The notes beneath the pieces were generated by a model. The model ran no database searches, was not told the DNA's origin, and saw nothing but the letters and a program-made list of their open reading frames with translations. Below are positions 51,559 to 64,000 of a DNA stretch of 64,000 bases, one piece after another. The stretch comes from Spironucleus salmonicida. Taxonomy: Eukaryota. The stretch lies in assembly GCF_000497125.1 (NCBI RefSeq), contig NC_090604.1:392651-456650 (forward strand), written 5' to 3'. The position numbers were made by a program, and so were the translations under genes. How positions within the stretch are numbered: position 1 is the stretch's first letter; each line of letters begins with the position of its first letter.

Positions 51559-52883
51559 ATTCTCACCATAATCTTAGCCACATCGTCGCCCAACTGCTTC
51601 TCTACGAGTTCCTCCCTGGAAGGTTATATCCAGTCACGCTCATCGAGGTCATCGTAGCAGACTATATTGCCCACATCGAGAAGGTTGCAGACTACCATGG
51701 TTCTTTTACCACTATCAGATACCTCAACGCTGACGGTTCTTCGTGTTGGTCTAACTTCGTCTTCTTATATTCCGCTATTTTCTAGAACAAAAAAATTCAT
51801 TCGAGGTGGAGCCCAACGATCGCGTGATCCCCATGGATGCACAGTTGTACCCGAGCATCATGTTTAGTCTGAATAAGTCCGTGTTGGTACTAGCAGAATT
51901 CGAGGAGGGGCCCGAGATGGATGAGTATTAGCACCCCTACGTGCATAGTAATATTAAGTACTTCTAACTAGTGTGTAGAGAAATTATAGACTCAGAATAA
52001 AGACAAGACTGTCTGACTGCGGTGGACTATATTGCTGCCAGTCTCGAGTATACATTTGGGTTGCAGCTGATCTACTTCACAGGTAAAATTGTTACAGAAG
52101 TTATATATGAGACGGTTCAATACCAAGGTGGCGGGTAAATTGTATGTGCAGAAAAGATTGGGTTGATTTATTATATCAACCCAGACGGTTACTCGCTGTA
52201 CCATGCTCCTATTGTTGATCAGCCAGAGTGCCTGATTGATTAAACTACGCATATCGTAAAGTTAGATACAATAATGAAATAAGGAAATTCCGCCGGGAGG
52301 CATTTGGAGGAATTTTCACTATATTATTACAGTCAGTCTTAGTATATCGCAATTCATGCTGATATGAAACTTCAATTAGCTAATGATTTAGTTATTTATC
52401 CATAGTTTATTCAGCTTAACTAGGCTGGAGAAATAACTGGGTAGTTTTTACAACGGTATACATGGTTAAATACTGCATTTATTTAGCAATTTTAGACATG
52501 AAAGGTAAACATGGTGTTACTATATAGTTTAGAAGCGACTATAGTAAATCTTGCGAAGATATTTATGAGGATATGGAATGATAGATTATAAATTCTAACT
52601 TATAAATTAAATGTAAGTAGCTAATTAAGATTAAAATAAACTAGAAACTAGCAATTTAGTAAGTAAATTTTTAGGTAAAAGAAAACATTAACGATATACT
52701 TCAAACTAATGAATGTACTGTGTTTACTGTAAGAGGAGCTAGTTTATATGTAATAAGTAATGAAATCAGATTTGATAATATATTAGTATTTTTGATTATT
52801 TAGTTAAGTTTCGTTAACATATTTGCGTTTGGTGAGCTAATTATTATTTTTGCTATTATAAGGAAAGAGAAGAAAGCTGACTG
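51559..52883 (+). pseudogene. Decayed member of a diplomonad-type Cys-spaced secreted/TM protein family
   Basis: ILATSSPNCFSTSSSLEGYIQSR and ADGSSCWSNF align to the family copy starting at 55580; start appears to be ATT; deletions and frameshifts; TM-like end near 52780-52883. Confidence 0.55.
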
Positions 52884-53374
52884 ATTTATTCAATTATAGT
52901 AGATTAGAATTATAATTTATATTAGTTATAAAACTCTAAAAATCGTGTATTTTGGTATAAAAATAGAATTTTTGATTAATTATGTTTATAATTATTACAA
53001 TTCATACACAATTAGTAAGAGTATTTCCTTTAAGAAAGGACTCCTTATGGTTGCATATCACATAAACTAGACAATTTCACTTGGAAATTACTATTTTTAC
53101 TAACTTACTAATGAATGAATTTATAAGATATTAAATAATGATATTTAGTTTTTACTAAAATGATATTTTAAAATATTATAAATATGATTATTATAATCAA
53201 TAATTATATATATGATATATATATTTGAAAACCAGTTTCAATTTATTTATTTTTATTAAAAATAATATAGAAACTTATATAATTAAGAAATTTTACCAAC
53301 ATAATTAGGCAAAATTATCCTATTTATATAACTACACAAACTTCTCACTATTGTAATGTGATATTGTCAAATAC

Positions 53375-53650
53375 TCATTATTCATTCATTGATGTGAAAA
53401 CAAAGTCCTAGCTTGTCTCTTCATCTTCATACATGTTTACTGTTTTCAGATTAATAGAATCTAGGAGTTATGTGATCTCATTTTTAATAGTTTATATATT
53501 TGTAACAGATTATGACTGAGAATACGTGTTATCAAGAATCTCTAGCTAACTTGCAACAGAAATTATTGATTCATCTAAATCAGGAGACGTATTAAGAGTC
53601 TTAAGTGCCTTTTGTAGTGCATTTAATGGATGTGATTTGTAATGGTTCAT
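53375..53650 (-). CDS. Small hypothetical protein (91 aa)
   Basis: AAA-ATG start, open in code 6. Confidence 0.5.
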
Positions 53651-54321
53651 TTTATTAAACTAATAGATCTTTATAATAATATTATTAATATATAGTAAAT
53701 AATATTCATTCCAAACTTATTGAGAACCGCAGTCAAACTATGTAAAAATAGCAAAATAATTATTATAGTATTAGATCGTTGATTTCATCAATAATGCTAA
53801 ATAAACTAAATTAGTTAATCATACAAAGACATTATTATATAGTATTATGTTAAAAATAAATTATACCAATATTTTTATGTAAGCTACATAAAACATGTGG
53901 AGTAATGTAGTTCCTTTATAGGAGCTTATTAAAACTTATTATAATAGTTTATTAGTAACTTATTTTGCAGATTAAATCAACAGGAATCACAAAACTGAAC
54001 AAATACCAGGAATTTTTACTTCAGTGTTATATTATTATAAATTAAACTAAATTTACATTCTTATAGTAGCATTTTTTGTATATCCTAGCAATTTTACCAT
54101 GCTAATAACAAAATACATTCCTGTGTTACAGAGATGTAGTAATATAAAAGAACTATATGTATGATAGTTAATTTCTTTACTCACCATGCTAAAACTATCC
54201 CTTAAACTGTAAAAATAGTTTCTGGATTATTAATTAGTATTCCTACTATGTCTTTATGAGTCTAATACTATTTACATTGCATAGAACTTGTCGAGTTAAT
54301 AGCGATTTCGAATGTCTGCTA

Positions 54322-55580
54322 AAACACGACCTCTAGCCTGCTGCTAGTTATCACCAGCTACATGGTGTCGCTAGTGTATGTGCAAAGGTCGTCGAAGGGG
54401 CTGCATACCCGGAGGGCAATCTTGTCGCTACTTGAGACGGCAATAACGGTCAAATAGATGCAGTGTTTGACACCTTACACCCACATGTAGAACGGCAACT
54501 TATGTCCCAACTCGCGTCGCGCTAATTGCTCTAGGGGTACAGATTCATACTTTCTGGAAACACCCTGGACAGATCTCTTGAGCTAGCAAAATATTCCTTT
54601 TCCCGTATGCTTCTAGCGAATACCCCGCAGTTACCAGAATAATTTGGTCCTAGTAGGTAAGCATTGAGATGAAGTCTGCAGCAACGCTATCTGCACTAAT
54701 TACACACTCCGGATGACTGCTGAACTGATCATGGTCCAAATATACCTGTCCGGGTCAAATAGCGCGTAATGCTGGTTCTCTCGCCGCACGCCAATGAGCC
54801 GTCAGCTTACTGCCGTATTGCGTCTTAAATAACTATCGTCTCGACTCCGACAGTATCGTAAATAACCCACGCCAAATCTGGACTACAAATTGGTAGTGAT
54901 GAAGCAATTATAGTAGAGCACGTTTTCTTTTCAATCTCGTCAACAATTTCCCTACATCGCAGCTAGCAACGGGTGACACGGTTGTGAACGTACGGCTGCT
55001 TGTAATCGCCAGCGTCGGTGCCTCACTCAAAGTCCCTCATCACGAGATTTGTAGTATTCTGCTAAAAGTGATCCTGGGGTGCAATTTCGCATCCTCCGGC
55101 ATCGTGCAGTCGTTCGGCGACAGCTCAAAAAATATATTTCGTCGCCTTGGATCGCGGAATAGGAGAAGGCCAGGTTGCTCCAGTAGGAGGAGACGTCCGC
55201 TATCGGGTACTTAATCTGGTTCAGAGTTCCCCGGTAGTCGCCTGCCTTCTGGATTTTTACTACGTACTCGGCGCTGACTACTTTGGTCAGGGTCGTGATC
55301 AGCGCTGGGTGAGGCTCGATATCGGAAATACGCCCTCGTTCGTGACGTTGGCGCGGTAGACGAAAGGGCGGGCAGTGAATACTGGGATACTACTGCTCGC
55401 TGCACCCTCGTAAATGAGCTCCGCAGCGGCGTCGGTACCGTCAAGCGCGAGGCAGAGGGGGTCCAGCAGCACCTGAGGTATGAGGAAGATAGACAATAGT
55501 CTGGACTGTATTTCTCCCTCTAAGTACGATTCTGTGGAGAAGCAGTTTGGGGCCGATGCGCGCAGAGCAATTATGAGCAT
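54322..55580 (-). pseudogene. Decayed 5' part of the same secreted/TM family
   Basis: MLIIALRASAPNCFSTESYLEGEIQSRLLSIFLIP signal-like start followed by frameshifts; 54322-54513 matches 63810-64000. Confidence 0.6.
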
Positions 55581-56984
55581 TCTGGCCAAAGATAATATTA
55601 TGATATTATATTAGTATGGTAATTATGTTCGTTGTTGCTTTTACGCTTATTTGGATTTCATATAATAGGCGTAACCCGAAACAAGGTGTTATTCTGGAAA
55701 AATATGATAATGTGGAGTAGATAGTATCCTAGGCATAAATAGTCCAAAACAGCAGTTTGGTAACAGGTACTTATATATCATGCCGGTTTATAGTTAATAA
55801 ACACGAACCTCGTAGTATTTTAATTACTTTAATTACACTTGTTTATGCACCATCTCGCCAGTGCAACACACCATTAACTACTAGCAGGAACTCCCAGCTA
55901 GCTTTGAGCAACTACCTGTCCTCTTTCTGCAAGATACTAAAATCTTACTCTAGCGTATAATATACAAATAATCCAATAAACCACAACTTCAATATGGATT
56001 TATATATACTTATTTACAATAACAATTCCTTCCAACAACCTCTTAATCAGAGCGGTCAAAAAGCAACAAACCCGTCTAGGCCGAATAACACGGGGGTCGG
56101 GATTCCTCTTTTCACATTTACGATGCATTCTCTGACACGGCTTCGTAAATGCATGCCCCTTAGCGTAGTAAGCCAGAACGTCAAGTGGTTCGGGCGGTGG
56201 CTACGCGCTATTGACCTTGAGCGACATTTGCCTAAGCCGTAGAACAGCATTACTATATGTAAACTGATATATTATAGAATATGGAACTAGATGAAAGGGC
56301 CCCGTTTCGAAGCCGCTCTGAATGCGAGGCTTCGGTGCATTCCGCACGAAAGGCCGGTACCCGAGGTGGAAGACAGTCGCTAATCCACTTTGGGCAGGTT
56401 CAAATTCGGTATAGTAATTGATATTACTGTATACTACTATAGTATGAATTGCAGACAGGCGCGTGCTGCCGAACTAGGGGCTCCACAGAACACTGCAGGC
56501 GAGTTCGTAACGGCGAGCAGAATTTTCCCACAATATAGGCCCAAAGCTGCTGCGTGGAATAGGGCATTGATGGTGTGCATTTTTCATGAAATCTAACGCA
56601 CCAGACATTCGCTGCCTATATTTTCTAAATCCCATTCTTATACATATTCAAACATCATTTGCAAGATCTCTGCATGCGCTCCGCGACCTTTTCAACTGCT
56701 CCTTGTCTATCCACAATTCTGGTTATCCCAGACTATTTTCTTGCTTCTCTTCACAAGGTTAGATGGTAACTCTCGGACTGAGCACATGTCGTCACGATGC
56801 CAGTAATCGCCGTAGTTCCTATTTTCTTACCTGATCTCCCGTTAACTCTGGCAGCCAGAATCTCTATAGTCTCCAACCGGCTCCGCAGGGAGCGCAATGC
56901 CCGCCGATTTGAGTGCGGCATTCGGCACGCATTGATACCAGGTTTAGTTAAGGACATACAGGTAGTCCACAGTGCCTAGTACGC

Positions 56985-58319
56985 GCAGGCGTAGTCCCGG
57001 GAGATGTTCCGCGGTGAAACATAAGCTGTCCCCAAATTATCTCAAATCGGAGTGCAGACACCATCAGGTGTTATGAAATAAATTGTATTATCTCCAGCGG
57101 CAGATAGTATCCGGTCTGTTCTGGGGCATTTCCCGACATACTTTCGGCGCCTCTTGGATGGAGGGTCATGGCAAAGTGATTTCAATCTAATGTAGTCGCG
57201 CTGAGTTCTCTAGCTCCAGAGCGGAATCGTGGCGGTACTGCAGGTAGGTGGTCGCATTGGGAACTAGGGAATACCGCACTGGCCATTTGCATGAATGCTC
57301 CCGTGACGTGTTCAGTACGTACAATTCCGGGCATAGCTGGCGAAATTGTTTTACTGCATGTGAGCTTGGTAGTAGCATGTACATTATGGGCTTAAGATAC
57401 TGAGGCACATTGGGGTGCAGGTGGGCAGAAATAGTCGGCTTTCAGGTCTTGCCTGGTGTGGGTGGGCAGGAGGATGAGTTAGGCGCATACTAACGGTTCG
57501 GGGTAGGATGGAAGCACGCGCGGTGGAGTTTTAAAGATGGATAGGTTTCATGGGAATATTGCTAGATACGGGGAATTGGGTCACGAGTGGTTGAACCAGC
57601 GCACCAAAGCATGTTGAAGCGAAGTCCGTGTTAGGGTAATGCATCAAAAGTGTTACAATGGTGGCTCGCAGAAAATAGGTGGGAGGGGCTAGGCAGAGAT
57701 AACACTAACAATAATAAAGTAGCATGACCGTAATATAGGGGTAGGGCTCAAATGCTGCGTCCGCGCTAGGTGCGAAATAGCAGCAGTGAGCAGCTGTATA
57801 CGGCTAATACTAATTTATGCGATTGCTGGTAGTTTATCAGTGTTTGTACTATAATAATTTAAAATACCTGCTCGGGGACAAGCTTTCCTCCAGAAACGGC
57901 CATTCGCTGGGTACCGAACTTTTTGGATACCGAATGGGTATGAAGCTAGTGTGCTGGTAGACTGACACCGCTTAATAAGTGTATTGGGGTGTTCTATATT
58001 ATTAGCGATGACATCAAGCCTGCTAGGTATGCATTATGAAACCGAACGCTAAATAATCTATATTTATATAGTAAATTACCGCAATACCAAAATGACGTCC
58101 TCAGCTAAATTTTGTTGAAACTGCGTGCCCTAGCAGAAATGCACGCATGTCGAGTCGTAGTCTTTACTAAGGTAGTCTACAGTGTAAATTGTAGCGTTTC
58201 ATATCAATGGTCCAAGTCGGTTTTAGCACCTCTCGACCTGCATACTCTTGGACGATCCGAGGAGAAAGCTTAAAAAGCACGCCAAGGAACGTATCTATTA
58301 CCAACCACTGTAACTCCAC
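56985..58319. repeat. CRMP-array 3' flanking repeat, long copy 2
   Basis: Colinear with 16245-17695. Confidence 0.9.
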
Positions 58320-59174
58320 TCACTTCTTCGCCCTCCTAACAAAATAATAAGCCAGGCCGCCCCCCACTGCCCCAACGACCACCAAAACACCAACCACGAT
58401 GCCCACAATCGCCCCAGTCCCTATCTTGTTGGCCTCAGAACTTTGCTAATCTGCCCAGCACATATTGCCAATGGGTTTGAACCCACTAGCACAATCCGTA
58501 CACGTCCCACCAGCTCCCAGAATAACATTAGGGAGACACGTTTCGCAACCATTTGTAGCAGTGTTGCACGAAGCGCAATTCTCCGCAAATCCGCATTTGC
58601 AGGCAGAATCAAGCCCTGCAACACAGGGTGTAGGAGCACCGTCCTTGCAGTAGTTACCATCGTTCATTCCCATACACAATACTGTGCACGTACCGTGAAT
58701 TGTGGTAATATGAGTATTCCCATCGCACGCGTTGCAGAACGTCGCCGATGAGCAAATGTCGCAGTGAGCAGAGCACTTCACGCACATTTTTAAGGATATC
58801 TGGCAAAAGGTAGAAGCTTCATCCTCGCAGTCTTAATTGTTATCGCAGACTCTGACGCATTCATCTCCTTCCATTGTGAACCCAGCGGCACACTTCTAGC
58901 ATGAGTCAGCACCGCTACATTCGGCACAACCTTTTGAACATCTAGAGCAGATGTTTCCATTGAGGTACGAGCCAGGGAGGCAAGTGGCGCAATCATCTCC
59001 TGTGCACTTCTTGCAGTTTGTGATAACTGTATTATCAACACAGTAGCAGCCCTGTCCGAATTTTATGTCTTGTTCACAAGGAATGCAGTTTACGGTTGTA
59101 TTATCAGTAGCTGGGCAGAAGTGGCCAGCTTTGCAGCTTGTGCTACGTTTGGTGCATGTGCCTGTTGTGGACAT
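58320..59174 (-). CDS. CRMP1, array D gene 3 (284 aa, RRAKK)
   Basis: 855-nt code-6 ORF. Confidence 0.93.
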
Positions 59175-59624
59175 TTTTACTCTATATGGTTAAGATAATC
59201 GATTAAATGATAAATAAGATGGTTTCTAGGTTTCGCAAGGAAAACAAGATATTATTTTTTAATATATATTAAATTATACATTGGGTTAAATGAGTGCACT
59301 CTAATAAATATCGTTAAAAACGCAGTGGGAATCTGGTATGGCATACTTAATTCTTATTAATGGTATTATTTGGTATATTAAATGCATTAAATCAAAATTC
59401 CTAAAATGTATAAATACAATGTTACTTACCATTAATTATATTTCGCGTATCTTTATCAATATTTGTTACACTAATCATGATTGCTGAACCTCAAATGGGC
59501 ATTATTATATAAATCACATCAGTTCAAAGATTTTATGTGTTAATGTAAAGATTCGTACTGATGTTTTCGTCAATATATTATTTTAGATAAATTACCATAT
59601 TCCCTGAATATAGAAGTATATTCA

Positions 59625-60479
59625 TCACTTCTTCCCCATCCTAACAAAGTAATAAGCTAAACCGCCACCAACTGCCCCAACGACCACCAAAACACCAATC
59701 ACGATGCCCACAATCGCCCCAGTCCCTATCTTGTTGGCCTCAGAACCTTGTTAGTCCGCCCAGCACATATCGCCAATAAATGTATATCCAACAGCACATG
59801 CACTGCAGGCCCCATAGTCCCCCTTAACTACATTTGGCAAGCACGTCTCACAGGCATCCTTAGAACTGTTGCACGAAGCGCAATTTCCCGCAACTCCGCA
59901 TTAGCAAGCAGAATCAAGCCCTTCGGCGCAGGCCGTGGCCGTTCCGTTTTTGCAATATTTTCCGTCTTCCATATTCTTACAATTCGGTGTACACTTCCCA
60001 TCTATCGTGGTCACAAAATCGGTCCCATCGCACGAGTTGCAGAACATCGCTGATTAGCAAAGTCTGCAGTTTGTAGAGCATTAAACACACCTTTATTTTG
60101 ACGCATCGCAGAAGGTAGTAGCTTCATCGGCGCAGTCTTTATTACTATTGCAGACTCTGACGCACTCATTATTTTCCATTTGAAACCCGTCGGCACACTT
60201 CTGGCAGGTATTTGCGCCAGTGCACTCGCTGCAGCCTTTTGCGCAGGAATCGCAGAAATTGTTGCTCAGGAAAGCGCCAGGGAGACATTTTGAACAAGAA
60301 GTACCTGTGCATACTTTGCAGTTTGTGGTAACTGAATTATCCTCGCAGTAGCAGCCTTGATCGAATTTCATGTCTTGTTCACAAGGAATGCAGTCTACTG
60401 TGTCCATGCCACTCGTGGGGCAGAAGTGGCCTGCTTTGCACGTTGTGTCAGTGCGTGTACATGTGCCTGTTGTGGTCAT
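59625..60479 (-). CDS. CRMP1, array D gene 2 (284 aa, RMGKK)
   Basis: 855-nt code-6 ORF. Confidence 0.93.
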
Positions 60480-60936
60480 TTTATAATTTTATAATATCAA
60501 TAGAATAGATAAGATAATAAATAAGCTAGTTTCTTATTTCGGAAGAAAAAAATAATATCTTATTTATATATATTTACTTACTCTTACATCCCGTAAAATT
60601 ATTAAACTTCACTAATTATCATTTAATATAGCATAGTATAAAAATAAATTTATTACACTTTAGTTTTTGCTAACGATATAATTAACAGAAGTAAATAGCT
60701 AAGTTGTAAAACTTGTAAAATTTCTAAATATGGTAATCGTAAACATATTCTATTTGGCATCACCATAGAAATCAACAAATCCTTCTTGCTGCAGAACCCC
60801 AATTAGTGACTATTATATAACTTAAATCTGGTCATGTAGATTATACCATAAAATGAGGGAAGTATCCGCCTGAGCTTTACTTGCCATATTTCCCTAGTAA
60901 AATTAATTAACTTCTCCTTATCAGTTACAATTTTCA

Positions 60937-61833
60937 TCACTTCTTCGCTCTCCTAACAAAATAATAGGTCAGACCGCCCCCAACTGCCCCAACGACCAAC
61001 AAGACCCCAATAACGATTCCTGCGACTGCCCCGCTGCTCAAATTCTGAGTGTTAACTTCCGGGTCTGGACCAGGTGGATCTGGACTAGGCGGTGTAGGAA
61101 CAGGAGTATCGGACCAGCACATACTGCCAATGGGTTTGAACCCACTAGCACAATTCCTACACCTACCATCTTCTTCCTTAATAACATTAGGCAAACACGT
61201 CTCGCATCCATTTAAAGAACTGTTACAGGAAGCGCAATTGGAAGCATACCTACATGAGCAGGGAGAGTCAATCCCTTCACCGCATGGTGTAGGAACACCG
61301 TCCTTACAGTAGTTACCATCTTCAATATCCTTACATTTAGGAGTACATGTACCGTGAATTGTGGTAATATGTGTTTTCAAATCGCACGAGTTGCAAACCG
61401 TCGCCGATGAGCAAATTGTGCAGTGTTAACCACACGGCGCGCACTTCTTTGTGGACATATCGCAAAAGGTCGAAACATGATCGTCGCAGTCTTCATTGGT
61501 AGCACACACGCTGGCTAATTTTGCATTTTCCATTGTGACCCCAGCGGCGTATTTCTGGCACGAATTGGATTCGGTACATTCGTCACAACCCTTTGGGCAT
61601 TTAGTGCAAATGGTTCCATTGAGAAAGGACCCAGGGAGGCATATTGAACAAGAAGTACCATTGCATTCCTTACAATTTATTGACACCTTATTATCCTTAC
61701 AGTAGCAGCCTTGACCTAATTTCATGTCTTCGCTGCAAGGAATACAGGCAACTGTATTATGATTGATGGCTGGGCAAAAGTGATTTGCCTTACAGTTAGT
61801 GTAACGGTTAGAACATGTTCCAGTATCTGTCAT
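60937..61833 (-). CDS. CRMP1, array D gene 1 (298 aa, short Pro stalk, RRAKK)
   Basis: 897-nt code-6 ORF. Confidence 0.93.
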
Positions 61834-62445
61834 TTTAAAAATAGAATATGTTATTTCATCTGATAATATATGAGCAACTAACTTTTTTGGTTTTTAAGCT
61901 TCTGAGACATGCAAATATATATTACTTTATGTTATAATTTAAAGCAAAAGTCAAATATTTTTAGTTTGTGATTGGTATATAATGTTAAATATATTACACA
62001 AATATAAAATAAACTTAGCAAGCCAAAGATATTGAGTTATATTTACCTGAGCGCCAACACAACGCTCAGCAGCCCACAATCAAGCGTGCACCTCTCTTGC
62101 CCATTTTCCAATACTTTCACTCCAAAATATATTTAATATAATATTCTCTTCCAATTCTAGAACTCTACTCCAAATTAGTAAACCACATTATTATACACTT
62201 AACATCAGATTTAACCCACGTCAGCCCACCCGTGTAAATTTCGTGTGGCGTTTAGATCTCCTAAAGCCCCTTAAAAGCGAGTTGACACTATCCAAATTGC
62301 GATCAATAAAATTGTCCAGCTACCTTTATCCCGGAGCGCAACCCTGTTGCACTGCCTTTCTTGGCCTCGCCCCTTGTATCGATTGCGTTCCAGCGACAGA
62401 ATTTTTGGCTCCGAGTCGGGCCGAGCAGCATGCTTCTAGTGTGAG
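61834..62445 (-). repeat. CRMP-array 5' leader block
   Basis: Reverse complement of 36545-37149. Confidence 0.88.
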
Positions 62446-62699
62446 TAAGTACGGAGGGAGTGATCTTGGCCGCCTTCTGTGAGTTGGGCTTCGCGAGCTG
62501 GGACGCCATCCAGAGCTGCGATGGCATGGCTTAGTACCTCCAAGGGGCCTGACGGGCCACGAGGCGCATGCCAGTGGCTTCCCTGTATTGTGCTCCTGGA
62601 AAGTTCCGTATGCGAAAAATCCCATACTTTACTCATGTCCAGCACGCCAACTCGAGTGTGGGGGGGGTATTCTACGGTTTCATGGCACTAGGACGAACG

Positions 62700-64000
62700 C
62701 GAGCGTATGGAATGGTTTTGGAGGACATGGTAGCAGGGCGTAGCGATACCTGTGGCCTATGCGTAGATAAGTGTGCTGATTCCTGTAGCGGCATACCTGA
62801 GACGTCTAGGGAATTTCCACTTGGAAAGTGTACTAGTGATGAGGCTCTGCATGCCCCAGCCAGGCAGCAATATGCAGCGAGGTCTGATATTTAAAGGCCA
62901 GCTACGTTCCCATGCTTCCCAGAGCCTTCCGCATGAAGTTCCAGAACATATAACATTCCAGATTAAATATAAAATCCCCTTCCATCTCAAGTTTACCTTC
63001 GCTATGGTCACTATTATGCAGAGAGCCCGCCCGCCCTGCAGGATTTGCAGGTGCAGCGCGTCTAGCACCACCAGCTGACCCATTCAGGTAAAGCAAAATT
63101 ATTAGTACTATCCATTCCCCGCTACAACTACCATCCCATCACCACTCCCGTGCTAGAGGATCGGATCACGCTACCTACGCCTTTGCTGCACGGGCGTCGG
63201 ACAGCAAGCTTTGGTACCACCTGCGGGGTACCTTCACGATGCAGTTTCGGCGAACGAGGGATAGTTGGTTGCGGGTATAACTATATAGTCGTGCACCTGG
63301 TTTCTTCCCTTCAGGCCGCACGCGAACCCTGAGCTAGTAGGGATTTGGTGGGAAAGCGCGGTGATGCCTGCACGCTCAGGCCCATGCAAAATGGTCCATC
63401 CTGCGCTGCTAGGCTTAAACTGAGTGGAGTTCCGCACTTAGGCGTTTACATTTGTAAAGGAACGCTTCACACTGGGGCGGAATGCCAAATCGATAGTGGG
63501 ATAGCACCCTCTAGCAGGGACTATGCCCAGCGCTGCAACCCACATCCCTCAAATTTCCACAGAAAACCTCACTAGGCCATCGTCTAGCACTGAATCATCA
63601 CGAATACCGGAGCCAGAGTTCACTGCCAGGAACAGCACGAAGCAGGAGAGATAGACCGCGAGGAACATCACGTAATTGTCGTAGTCGTTCTCGGTGCTCG
63701 CCATGTAGAAGCTGGACCAGCAGCCAGGATGCCGGCGATGTCCGATTGGTCTGGTACGCGAGGATCTGGATCGCCCCTTCGAGTCAATGGAGATTTGAAG
63801 GACTGCCAGAACACGACCTCTAGCCTGCTGCTAGTTATCACCAGCTACATGGTGTCGTTAATATCACTGCAAACGTCGTCGAAGGCGCTGCGGACCTGGA
63901 GGGCAATCTTGTCGCTACTTGAGACGGCAATAACGGTCAAATAGATGCAGTGTTTGACACCTTATACCCGCATGTAGAACGGCAACATATGTCCCAACTC
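62700..64000 (-). pseudogene. Decayed internal/3' part of the same secreted/TM family (runs off the window)
   Basis: 63810-64000 is near-identical to 54322-54513; protein-like fragments (MRVQGVKHCIYLTVIAV..., PGCWSSFYM...) are interrupted by frameshifts. Confidence 0.5.

Noticed and set aside
54322-64000. GC-rich repeated segments as a retrotransposon
   Set aside because: No RT, endonuclease, integrase, LTR or TIR motifs seen; translations resemble a decayed secreted-protein family

Overview
Eukaryotic, AT-rich, apparently intronless protist DNA read with genetic code 6 (TAA/TAG = Gln, only TGA = stop). The supplied standard-code ORF track therefore fragments or misses most genes, and all CDS coordinates below were re-derived by hand in code 6. 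The code, an amber tRNA-Gln(CUA), stop codons embedded in AGTGA, CCACTCC motifs before housekeeping genes, many small Myb genes and cysteine-rich membrane proteins (CRMPs) ending in [KR][KR]x[KR][KR] point to a hexamitid diplomonad, most likely Spironucleus (S. salmonicida-like). The taxon is an inference. Core blocks (0.4-15.8, 27.8-33.4 and 43.9-51.2 kb) carry PACRG, a CFAP97-like gene, Rib72/EFHC, a SHIPPO-repeat gene, a CEP135-like gene, RPS25, RPLP1, RPL32, RPL36a, CKS1, CDK, a bromodomain gene, p23, Myb genes and three tRNA-Gln genes. Between them lie four tandem arrays holding ten CRMP1-type genes. The arrays have a stereotyped layout (shared 5' leader, roughly 390-457 bp spacers, shared 3' non-coding block) and show patchwork gene conversion. 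Also present are one large frameshifted CRMP, a 44-bp GC-rich minisatellite, decayed copies of a second surface-protein family and several unexplained structured non-coding segments.
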